The notes beneath the pieces were generated by a model that was not told where the DNA came from, did no database searches, and saw nothing but the letters and a program-made list of their open reading frames with translations. Made by a program: the position numbers and the translations under genes. A stretch of 32,000 bases of DNA from Verrucomicrobiota bacterium (lineage in GTDB: Bacteria > Verrucomicrobiota > Verrucomicrobiia > Chthoniobacterales > UBA6821). Below are positions 9,148 to 17,035 of the stretch, piece by piece (position 1 is the first letter of the stretch; each line of letters opens with the position of its first letter). Location: positions 8,307 through 40,306 of the forward strand of contig WBXG01000005.1 in assembly GCA_008932965.1 (NCBI GenBank), given 5' to 3'.

Positions 9148-10560
9148 TTATAATTGTTGGTAAGCCTCTAGAGCATTATCTCGAGACGATGCAAGAGCGA
9201 CAATCGGTTGGGGATAGGTCTTTCCTAGTTCCACTTCAGCCGATCTTAGGATCTCCTCTGGAGCTTCCCATGGTGTAAATAGGTATTTTTTTGGGATCTT
9301 TTTTAGCTCAGGAACAAAGTGGCGAGTATAGTCCCCCTCTGGATCAAATTTTTCACCCTGAAGTACAGGATTGAAAATTCTAAAATAGGGGGCTGCATCA
9401 GCACCCGAGCCAGCTACCCATTGCCAGCTGGCACTATTATTAGCGAGATCGGCATCCAAAAGAGTGTCCCAAAACCAAGCCTCACCATGGTGCCAATGAA
9501 TGAGGAGATTTTTTACTAAAAAGGAGGCTACAATCATGCGCACTCGGTTATGCATGGTTCCGGTTTGCCACAGCTCGCGCATTCCAGCATCGACAATCGG
9601 GTAGCCTGTTTTTCCTCTTTGCCAGGCTTTTAAGAATGATTCATTTTCTTTCCAAGGGAAGCGATCGAACTTAGATTGAAAATTTTTCCAAGGTAACTCG
9701 GGAAAATGGTAGAGCAGGGAGTATGAAAATTCACGCCAGCCAAGTTCGCTTAAGAAATGATTTTTATCTGTTGTTGGAATCTCAGGACCTACCTTATTGA
9801 CTGCATGCCAGACCTGTTGAGGAGAGATTTCACCAAAATGAAGGTAGGGGGAGAGATGAGAGACATGGGCTTGAGCAGGATGGTTGCGTCCCTCCTTATA
9901 GCCAGATAGTCCATGAGATAAAAAAGTGTTTAGTTTTTTGTGTGCTCCCATTTCCCCAACTTCCCACTCCTTTTCAAAACCGTGATGCCAGGGAATTGTT
10001 GGAAGTAATGCTAAATCAGACAAGGTCGTGGTATTGGTGGAATCTTTTAAAAATTCAACAGAATGGGGTCTAGATAATGGCTCTCGTGGTGCCCTGGAAG
10101 AGGCCTGGCGATAAAAAGGAGTAAAAACCTTGTAAGGGGTTTGATCACTTTTAAGCACCTCCCATGGTTCCCAAAGCAATGATCCATTAAAACTTTCACA
10201 GAAGATTCCTTGCTCCTGAAGTTGTATTTTAAGAGCAGTATCATTTTTAATACGCCATGATTCGTAGCAACGATTCCAATAGACAGCTTCAATTTTTTGA
10301 GAATCTATTAATCCAGTAATGATCTTAATTGGATCACCCGAATAAAAGTGAAGCTTTCCATCGAGCGCCTGATTTAATTTTACTAAGGAGTGATGAAGCC
10401 ACCAGCGACTCGCAGCTCCCATTTTAAAATCTCCAGCATTTTCATCATCTAAAATATAAATTGCGATGATAGGACCTTTTTTGGCAGCTTGAAGTAGTCC
10501 TGGATTGTCCGCAAGTCTGAGGTCTTGACGAAACCAAAAAAGGGTAGGAGAAGGTTTCAT
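9148..10560 (-). CDS. phrB: Deoxyribodipyrimidine photolyase (class I CPD photolyase/cryptochrome family)
   Basis: The FAD-binding block TGYPIVDAGMRELWQTGTMHNRVRMIVASFLVKNLLIHW...ANNSASWQWVAGSGADAAPYFRIFNP is nearly colinear with E. coli Phr as I recall it. I chose the start MKPSPTLFWFRQDLR (10560); the ORF can extend to 10617. Confidence 0.92.
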   Translation of the reverse strand: MKPSPTLFWFRQDLRLADNPGLLQAAKKGPIIAIYILDDENAGDFKMGAASRWWLHHSLVKLNQALDGKLHFYSGDPIKIITGLIDSQKIEAVYWNRCYESWRIKNDTALKIQLQEQGIFCESFNGSLLWEPWEVLKSDQTPYKVFTPFYRQASSRAPREPLSRPHSVEFLKDSTNTTTLSDLALLPTIPWHHGFEKEWEVGEMGAHKKLNTFLSHGLSGYKEGRNHPAQAHVSHLSPYLHFGEISPQQVWHAVNKVGPEIPTTDKNHFLSELGWREFSYSLLYHFPELPWKNFQSKFDRFPWKENESFLKAWQRGKTGYPIVDAGMRELWQTGTMHNRVRMIVASFLVKNLLIHWHHGEAWFWDTLLDADLANNSASWQWVAGSGADAAPYFRIFNPVLQGEKFDPEGDYTRHFVPELKKIPKKYLFTPWEAPEEILRSAEVELGKTYPQPIVALASSRDNALEAYQQL

Positions 10561-10631
10561 AATTCGATCATATACAGAATAGAACATTCTATTGTAGCTT
10601 TTGATCAAAGAAACCAAAACGAAAAAAAACT

Positions 10632-11069
10632 ATGAAGAAAATATTATTACTGCTATGCCTCCTCGGCGCTCTGACTTTTATGCCTGCTAGGGTCATGGCC
10701 CACTGTCAAATTCCCTGTGGTATTTTTCATGATGGTCTTATTTTTGAAACATTAGAGCAAAACATAGAGACCCTACAAAAAGCCGATCATGAGCTCAGTG
10801 ACTCATCTCTTTCTAACAATCAATCGGTGCGTTGGATCTTAAATAAAGAAGCCCAATCTGATCAGATCGCGCAGACAATGTTGACCTATTTTTTACAACA
10901 ACGTATTAAGCTAGATGATCCCAAACGCGCTGAAAAATTAGACCTTATTTCCAAAATTGTGATGCAATGCACCAAAGTAAAACAAACCACAGATGCTAAG
11001 GAGGTTTTCACTCTTGGTGATGAAATTCAACAACTCAAAGGACTTTCTGGTGTTGTTTTAGCAAAATAG
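10632..11069 (+). CDS. sodN: Nickel-containing superoxide dismutase (NiSOD) precursor with a Sec-type leader
   Basis: After a 23-aa leader (MKKILLLLCLLGALTFMPARVMA) comes the Ni-hook motif HCQIPCGIF (consensus H-C-x-x-P-C-G-x-Y). The mature part is about 122 aa, which fits the four-helix-bundle NiSOD. Confidence 0.8.
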   Translation: MKKILLLLCLLGALTFMPARVMAHCQIPCGIFHDGLIFETLEQNIETLQKADHELSDSSLSNNQSVRWILNKEAQSDQIAQTMLTYFLQQRIKLDDPKRAEKLDLISKIVMQCTKVKQTTDAKEVFTLGDEIQQLKGLSGVVLAK

Positions 11070-11164
11070 GGGTCAGTTTCGGCTATTTGGCTAATGGAGT
11101 GCCAGCTGGGATATTTATGTTATCGAGAAAGGGGAGAGTTCTTGGAAAGTGGTCGCTTCCTTTA

Positions 11165-11767
11165 TCAAGATAAATCTCCTTTTTCCACAGCCTTTTGAAT
11201 CAGTGATTGTGTAAAATCCCAGAGCAGGGTGGAGCCCTTTTCTATATGATTGTTTTTATCGATGATCTGTTTTTGGGTGATTGAAAATTTATTCCAGATT
11301 TTAGTTTCAGAGAAACTATGAAGCAAGATAGGCATGAATCGATCAATGCTATTCGCAAATTGAGCTTCTGGGGTCTGTTGACTTTCAAACTCAATCCAAA
11401 GAGAGAAGAAATCTTGTGCTTGCTCTGCAGGAAGAAGACCAAAAATCTTTTGAGCAGCCTTTATTTCTCGTTCCGATAACGTTGTATCATCTTCCTTGTG
11501 ATAGTGAAAAGTATCACCACAGTAGACCTCCACAAGGTCATGAACGAGGAGTATTTTTGTTACATGAGCAATATCAATCTTCTCATTAGCATATTCGGCA
11601 AGGATGATAGCAGCTAATGCTATCTGCCAACTATGTTCTGCAGAATTTTCAAAACGATTCTCATAGAGGAGCATTGTTTTGCGTAATACAGTTTTCAGTT
11701 TATCAATTTCTAGGATAAAACTGATCTGCTGATAGAATTTTTCGCCAAACAAAGAAGTTATTTCCAT
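11165..11767 (-). CDS. HD-domain phosphohydrolase (YfbR-like 5'-nucleotidase family)
   Basis: Contains the motifs ENSAEHSWQIA (His) and LLVHDLVEVYCGD (HD...D). The size of 200 aa is typical of the family. Confidence 0.75.
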   Translation of the reverse strand: MEITSLFGEKFYQQISFILEIDKLKTVLRKTMLLYENRFENSAEHSWQIALAAIILAEYANEKIDIAHVTKILLVHDLVEVYCGDTFHYHKEDDTTLSEREIKAAQKIFGLLPAEQAQDFFSLWIEFESQQTPEAQFANSIDRFMPILLHSFSETKIWNKFSITQKQIIDKNNHIEKGSTLLWDFTQSLIQKAVEKGDLS

Positions 11768-11779
11768 ACTAGTGATTCG

Positions 11780-12499
11780 TTATTGTAATTCCCTTTTGTA
11801 ATGGTGGATGGTTGTTTCAAGTCCGAGGTAAAGCGCATCAGCAATCAGAGCATGTCCGATGCTTACTTCATCGAGGCAAGGAATATTTTTTTTAAAAAAA
11901 TGAAGATTATTTAAATCCAAATCGTGTCCGGCATTGAGCCCGAGACCTAGCTCTTGTGCTTTGTGAGCAGCCTCTACATAAGAAGCGATTGCCTCCTCTT
12001 GAAGTCCTGCTGCATATTTTCTCGCATACTCTTCCGTGTATAACTCAATGCGATCAGTTCCCACAGCTGCTGCACCCTCCACCATGGCAGAATTAGGATC
12101 AACAAACAGGGAGACTCTAATGCCTGCTTTTTTAAATAGTGAGATGATCTTTTTTAAATAATCACAATTCGCAATCGTATCCCATCCATGATCCGAAGTC
12201 AGCTGTCCCAACGTGTCAGGAACGAGTGTTACTTGATCTGGTCTCACCTCTAACACAAGATCTACAAAGGGTTGATGATCAGGATTTCCTTCAATGTTAA
12301 ACTCGGTTGTAATATTTTTTTGAAGCTCTCGCACATCTGCATAGCGTATATGGCGTTCATCGGGGCGAGGATGGACTGTGATTCCATCTGCCCCAAAATG
12401 TTCAATATTGATGGCTGTTTGAAGCACGTTGGGGATAGCGCCTCCACGTGAGTTTCGCAATGTTGCGATTTTGTTGATATTGACTGAAAGCTTAGTCAT
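11780..12499 (-). CDS. pdxJ: Pyridoxine 5'-phosphate synthase
   Basis: N-terminal LSVNINKIATLRNSRGG, then GADGITVHPRPDERHI and a C-terminal VSIGHALIADAL. These are all PdxJ hallmarks. Confidence 0.93.
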   Translation of the reverse strand: MTKLSVNINKIATLRNSRGGAIPNVLQTAINIEHFGADGITVHPRPDERHIRYADVRELQKNITTEFNIEGNPDHQPFVDLVLEVRPDQVTLVPDTLGQLTSDHGWDTIANCDYLKKIISLFKKAGIRVSLFVDPNSAMVEGAAAVGTDRIELYTEEYARKYAAGLQEEAIASYVEAAHKAQELGLGLNAGHDLDLNNLHFFKKNIPCLDEVSIGHALIADALYLGLETTIHHYKRELQ

Positions 12500-12507
12500 G
12501 AGGGGCT

Positions 12508-12930
12508 TTAAAGTTTTAACGAAAAGTGATGACTAGTGAGCTCAAAACCATAGCGTAAATAAAGACGGTGAGCCTTATTTCGCATGTAACCACTATCGAG
12601 GTGCACTTGATTGCAATGGAGTTCGTTCGCTTGTTTTATGGCATCATCAAGTGGTGCAGTTCTATATCCTTTCCCATGAAGGTGAGTCTTGGTGGTGAGA
12701 TCATCAATGTAGAGAATCTTTCCCCAGGCAAAAGTCGTTATGAAACGAAAACCGATGGCTGCTACTGCTTCTTCTCCTTCAAAAATAGCAGCTAATTGAA
12801 ACCCTTCTTGTTGCTGAAGAAGCACCTTTTTTATAAAATCTTTTTTATTTTCAAGATGTGGGCGCAGTTCTAAATAGACCTCAAAACAAGCATTTATTTT
12901 ATCAGGAGAGATGACATTTTCTATAGGCAT
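12508..12930 (-). CDS. GNAT-family N-acetyltransferase
   Basis: The acetyl-CoA-binding segment is LYIDDLTTKTHLHGKGYRTAPLD, followed by AHRLYLRYGFE. I chose the internal start MPIENV (12930), which removes the overlap with the upstream gene. Confidence 0.8.
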   Translation of the reverse strand: MPIENVISPDKINACFEVYLELRPHLENKKDFIKKVLLQQQEGFQLAAIFEGEEAVAAIGFRFITTFAWGKILYIDDLTTKTHLHGKGYRTAPLDDAIKQANELHCNQVHLDSGYMRNKAHRLYLRYGFELTSHHFSLKL

Positions 12931-12940
12931 GGAAAAACTC

Positions 12941-13840
12941 TTACGGCAGCAGTTCAATAATGCAGTGAACTTGATTCTGTGATAATTCAGCAATCTGAGC
13001 AATTTGTTCCAAGGGTAAACCAGAGCGATGCATACTGATCACAAATCTTTTTTTCTCCTCTTCTTTTCCTTTAGCCTCACCTTGAGCAAGCCCTTTAGCC
13101 TCACCTTGAGCAAGCCCTTGAGCAAGCCCTTCTTTGTACTTGCCACTGAACAGAGTTCTTTCAGAGCTCACTGCATCCCAGCTTTTATCGTAGGCAAGTA
13201 ATTCAGCTTCGCTGTAGGAAGCGATTTCTAGAAGAGAGATGGCCTCTTTGATCGAATCTACTTCCAAAAAACTGGGATCGACAACTTCTGTTTTTTCGTT
13301 GATCTCTTTTAAAAAACGGAGCCAAAGAACAGTAGCTCTTTTTGTGGTGATGCTGGTTGGTTTGAACTTAGGAAGTTCAATAAGGACCAATTGAATATCT
13401 TCTAAACTCTTGCTTTCATCATGAGCATTGGTCATTCGGTAATGATGAAACCACTCTTGTTCTTGAGAAAAAGTGGTATCTAGTAACGCCACTCCATAGA
13501 CAGGGCTGAGGTGTTCATAGCTTTTCCCTTTCTTTAATTGCCGAGCATAGGTTGTAGCTGTGTTGAAAAGCATTCTCTTGATAAAATCACTCGTCCATTG
13601 CAATTGCATTTCTACGATGAAGTGACGTCCGTGATTGTCAAAGCAACGCACATCAACAATAGAATATTTTAACGCAGTAATTTCAGGAACACTCTCCGAA
13701 GGCAAGTAGATCAAACTCTCAATGACGCAATCTGGAGGCAACGGCAAAATAGCATTGAGAAAATCTTGGAGTACATTGGGATGGTGACCAAAAATTTTCT
13801 TAAAGACTAAATCACTCTTAGGGTCCAGGTAGCGTGGCAT
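12941..13840 (-). CDS. Rpn-family recombination-promoting nuclease / putative transposase (PD-(D/E)XK, YhgA-like)
   Basis: The N-terminus YLDPKSDLVFKKIFGHHPNVLQDFLNAILPLP is characteristic of this family. A nuclease-core-like segment DVRCFDNHGRHFIVEMQ follows. This is a family assignment from memory. Confidence 0.7.
   Translation of the reverse strand: MPRYLDPKSDLVFKKIFGHHPNVLQDFLNAILPLPPDCVIESLIYLPSESVPEITALKYSIVDVRCFDNHGRHFIVEMQLQWTSDFIKRMLFNTATTYARQLKKGKSYEHLSPVYGVALLDTTFSQEQEWFHHYRMTNAHDESKSLEDIQLVLIELPKFKPTSITTKRATVLWLRFLKEINEKTEVVDPSFLEVDSIKEAISLLEIASYSEAELLAYDKSWDAVSSERTLFSGKYKEGLAQGLAQGEAKGLAQGEAKGKEEEKKRFVISMHRSGLPLEQIAQIAELSQNQVHCIIELLP
13070..13129. repeat. 24-bp in-frame tandem repeat (2.5 copies) inside the Rpn-family gene
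   Basis: TTTAGCCTCACCTTGAGCAAGCCC occurs twice, followed by a partial TTGAGCAAGCCC. It encodes GLAQGLAQGEAKGLAQGEAKG. Confidence 0.9.
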
Positions 13841-13914
13841 AATTCGGGTGTTCTATAGAATGGGAATGGGTTTGTCAACGAGGCATCGCGTGTTCCTGTC
13901 AATCGATACAGTTA

Positions 13915-15912
13915 TCATAAGTTCTTCACTCGGAAAATATGCGCTGGGTGTGTGAGTGGATTGAGAGAGATAAAATTATGAGTTCCTTTCCACTCATAGC
14001 ATTCCCCGGTGAGAAGATCTTCGACACAATAAGGACTTTCATAAGGAATTCCTAGCCGATGGAGAGGGATTTCTACCGTTGCTGCTTGCTGCTGGTGAGG
14101 ATCTAGATTGACCATAATCAAGAGATGGTTTGTGTTATCTTCCGAAGATCTTAAATAAGCAATAATAGCATTATTATTACTATGGCAAAATTGAAGCTGA
14201 TGGGTGTTTTGAAGGGCACTGTTAGAGTTGCGAATCTGATTTAAACGAGTAATCCAAGGTTTGATATTGCCAGGAGCATTCCAATCACGTTCCTTAAATT
14301 GATATTTTTCTGAATCAGCATACTCCTCCTTGCCAGGCAGAGCAGCATTTTCACAAAGTTCAAAACCACTATAAATTCCATAAATCGAAGAGAGGGTGGC
14401 TGCCAAAGCAGCTCTAATAAGGAAAGCAGAACGTCCCCCCTCTTGAAGATAGAAAGGGAGAATATCAGGAGTGTTGGGGAAAAGATTAGGGCGAAAATAT
14501 TCTTTCATTTCCGAGTGAGTAAGTTCGGTAAAGTAATTTTCTAGCTCTTCTTTGGTATTACGCCAGGTGAAGTAACTATAACTTTGCGTAAACCCAATCT
14601 TTGCGAGTTTTTTCATCATCGCTGGGTGGGTAAAAGCTTCACTCAAAAAAATGACATCAGGATACTTTTCCTGAACCTCTGCAATGACCCATTGCCAAAA
14701 AGTAACTGGCTTGGTATGGGGATTGTCGACACGGAATATGCGCACTCCACGCTCCGCCCAAATAAGAAAGATGCCTAATAGCTCCTTCCAGAGTTCTTTC
14801 CACCTTGTGTTATAAAAATTGAGAGGAAAAACATCCTCATATTTTTTGGGAGGATTTTCGGCATATTTTATCGATCCATCTGGCCGATGATAGAACCATT
14901 CAGGATATTGTTGAACATAGGGATGATCTGGAGAACAGTTGAGTGCAAAATCCAAAGCTACTTCCATATTGCGTTCACGGACTTGAGCGATAAGCCATTG
15001 AAAATCCTCGATTGTTCCCAAAAGTGGTTCTATTGAATCATGTCCTCCTGTTACTGCGCCAATCGCATAAGGAACACCAGGATCTTCTGGTAGACATTCT
15101 AAAGAATTGTTCCTCCCTTTTCGTCCAGTAAGACCAATAGGATGAATAGGGGGGAAGTAGATAACATGAAAGCCCATTGCTTTGGCATCATCGATGCGTG
15201 CAAGAGCTTCACGAAAGTTAGACCCCGATTCTTTTTTTCCCTCTGCTGAACGAGGAAAAAATTCATACCATGCCCCAAAAGCTGCTCGCAGACGGTCTAC
15301 TCGAACTTGTTGAAAGGGCTCGAATAATGTCGAAAAAGAACGATCAGGATAGCGATGCATCAAAAAAAGCAGTCGCTCCGTTTTTAAAAAATCTTTCAAA
15401 GAGTAAAGGGAAGATTTTTTTTCTAATTCAATAGCAAAGTTTATGAGCTCTTGTTGTTCTGCATTATCTTTAGATCGCTGAGCCGCTGCATGAATCAGGA
15501 TTGCTCCTTCTTGTGCTTCTAGATGAAGATCCTCAATACCAGCCTCAATCTTTTTTTTAACCTCTTGCAACCAGGAATCAAAGGGATCTCCCCATGCTTC
15601 GATCGTATATTCAGTGAATCCCACAGAGGTTACTTGAAACGAGCCTTGAAACCGATGGTTCTCAAGAAGTTTCATCGGTATTTCTTGCCACAGGGATTGA
15701 TTTTTAGAATTTCTATTTTCAGTTTCAGTTGATTTTGAATGGCTGCTCTTAGCGCGCCATTTCAAAAGAGCACGCACAGCATCATGCCCCTCTTTGAAGA
15801 TGGTAGCCTCTATTACGACTGATTGACCAGGAACACGTTTGATTGGAAATTGGCCCCCTTCGATAGAGGGAGAGAGATCTTCAATAGTGATGCTTGGGAA
15901 AGGAGAGCCCAT
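13915..15912 (-). CDS. glgE: Alpha-1,4-glucan:maltose-1-phosphate maltosyltransferase GlgE (GH13_3)
   Basis: The N-terminal domain matches the GlgE type (GGQFPIKRVPGQSVVIEATIFKEGHDAV). Catalytic blocks are IFRVDNPHTKP and IFLSEAFT, and GFTQSYSYFTWRNTK is present. I chose the start MGSPF (15912), 16 nt after the upstream stop; the ORF can extend to 15987. Confidence 0.88.
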   Translation of the reverse strand: MGSPFPSITIEDLSPSIEGGQFPIKRVPGQSVVIEATIFKEGHDAVRALLKWRAKSSHSKSTETENRNSKNQSLWQEIPMKLLENHRFQGSFQVTSVGFTEYTIEAWGDPFDSWLQEVKKKIEAGIEDLHLEAQEGAILIHAAAQRSKDNAEQQELINFAIELEKKSSLYSLKDFLKTERLLFLMHRYPDRSFSTLFEPFQQVRVDRLRAAFGAWYEFFPRSAEGKKESGSNFREALARIDDAKAMGFHVIYFPPIHPIGLTGRKGRNNSLECLPEDPGVPYAIGAVTGGHDSIEPLLGTIEDFQWLIAQVRERNMEVALDFALNCSPDHPYVQQYPEWFYHRPDGSIKYAENPPKKYEDVFPLNFYNTRWKELWKELLGIFLIWAERGVRIFRVDNPHTKPVTFWQWVIAEVQEKYPDVIFLSEAFTHPAMMKKLAKIGFTQSYSYFTWRNTKEELENYFTELTHSEMKEYFRPNLFPNTPDILPFYLQEGGRSAFLIRAALAATLSSIYGIYSGFELCENAALPGKEEYADSEKYQFKERDWNAPGNIKPWITRLNQIRNSNSALQNTHQLQFCHSNNNAIIAYLRSSEDNTNHLLIMVNLDPHQQQAATVEIPLHRLGIPYESPYCVEDLLTGECYEWKGTHNFISLNPLTHPAHIFRVKNL

Positions 15913-15928
15913 GAGGTGGAGTTGGAAT

Positions 15929-17014
15929 TTAAAATTGGAGTTTGGATAAAAAACTTGAAAACTCATTCCAATGACTCTCTGGTTCAAGCTGAGTTAACGC
16001 ATGTCTGAGCCCCTTGAGAGCCGATGGAACATGCTCAAGAAAATGGGATTTTCCTCGATCGAGTCCTAAAAAACCGTAACAGCCAAGAGCCTGCATCAAG
16101 CGTTGAAGTGCACAGCACCAAAAAATCTTTTCAATATCATAGGAAAAAACAAATTGGTGTTTTTTCATTTCTTGCTGATAAAAGTCGAGCAATTCTTGTC
16201 TCTCCAATGCAGTAAGTGTGACATAAGGATCACATAGTAGAGAAGCAAGGTCATAAGGGGCTAGTCCAGCTCGCATTCCTTGAAAGTCAATCAATCCAAC
16301 CTGATTTCCAAAGAGAAGAATATTTTGAGATTGAAAATCACGATGAATGAGTTGTCGAGGCAGGGAGGCAAGTTGATTTGAGAGAGTTTCAAAGGGGTGG
16401 GTAGAAAGGAGTTTATTTCTTATTTTTGGATCAACCTTAAAAAGAGAACCCAAGGCATGTTCAAAAAAATAATGTTGCTCCCAACGATAGAGTTCTTGTT
16501 CAAATGCTGGTTGCAATGTGACTTCCTCTTTTGCTTTTTCAAGTGAAATTCGATGTAATCGTGCTGCCTCGATCAGGCTCTTTTCATACCATGGGCGGCG
16601 CTCTTCCCATGAAGCCTCACGCATACTCCATAGATTTTTTTTACCAAGGTCTTGAAGCCACAACAGGCATTCTTGCTCAGAATAATTCATGACTGAGGGA
16701 ACAGAAATACCTTGTTTTCTTAAAAAAAAAGCGTGCTCTGCATAAGAACTATTTTCTGATTTTTCTCTGTTGTAGTGAACCAGGATAAGAGAGTCTCCAG
16801 AAGTATTGATACAACGGTAAAATTCCCGATCAGAACCCCCTTCATAAATAGAAAGGAGAGTGGCTTGTTCAAACTGAGGAAAACGTTCGCTCGTTTTCCT
16901 CAAAAGCTGGTCATGCGTCATCATTGCATGATTATGAGTACTTTTGGACTGAAACGCAATTTCTTCGAAATCAGTTTTTAACTCTTTTTGTAAAAAGAAG
17001 CGGTAGAAACTCAA
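15929..17014 (-). CDS. APH-fold sugar kinase, AmgK-like (anomeric sugar 1-kinase family); substrate unknown
   Basis: Contains a nucleotide-binding region (GGSDREFYRC), a catalytic loop (LIHRDFQSQNILL) and a metal-binding segment (LIDFQGMRAGLAPYDLASLLCDPY). This resembles the HRDYHSRN and DFQDA...YDL.SLL.D pattern of MurNAc/GlcNAc anomeric kinases (from memory). It does not match the maltokinase HGDLHLGQ/DFEGE pattern. Confidence 0.8.
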   Translation of the reverse strand: MSFYRFFLQKELKTDFEEIAFQSKSTHNHAMMTHDQLLRKTSERFPQFEQATLLSIYEGGSDREFYRCINTSGDSLILVHYNREKSENSSYAEHAFFLRKQGISVPSVMNYSEQECLLWLQDLGKKNLWSMREASWEERRPWYEKSLIEAARLHRISLEKAKEEVTLQPAFEQELYRWEQHYFFEHALGSLFKVDPKIRNKLLSTHPFETLSNQLASLPRQLIHRDFQSQNILLFGNQVGLIDFQGMRAGLAPYDLASLLCDPYVTLTALERQELLDFYQQEMKKHQFVFSYDIEKIFWCCALQRLMQALGCYGFLGLDRGKSHFLEHVPSALKGLRHALTQLEPESHWNEFSSFLSKLQF

Positions 17015-17035
17015 TAGCTCTGTTCAAATAGGAAA

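Noticed and set aside
12931-13002. Long form of the GNAT ORF (12508..13002) overlapping the 3' end of the Rpn-family gene
   Set aside because: The extra 24 residues are not part of the GNAT fold. The internal start at 12930 removes a 62-nt overlap, so the short form is preferred.
16143-16166. 9-bp stem hairpin (GAAAAAACA / TGTTTTTTC, 6-nt loop) inside the kinase gene
   Set aside because: It is short, consists almost entirely of A:T pairs and lies within a coding region (…MKKHQFVF…). It is compatible with chance in AT-rich DNA.
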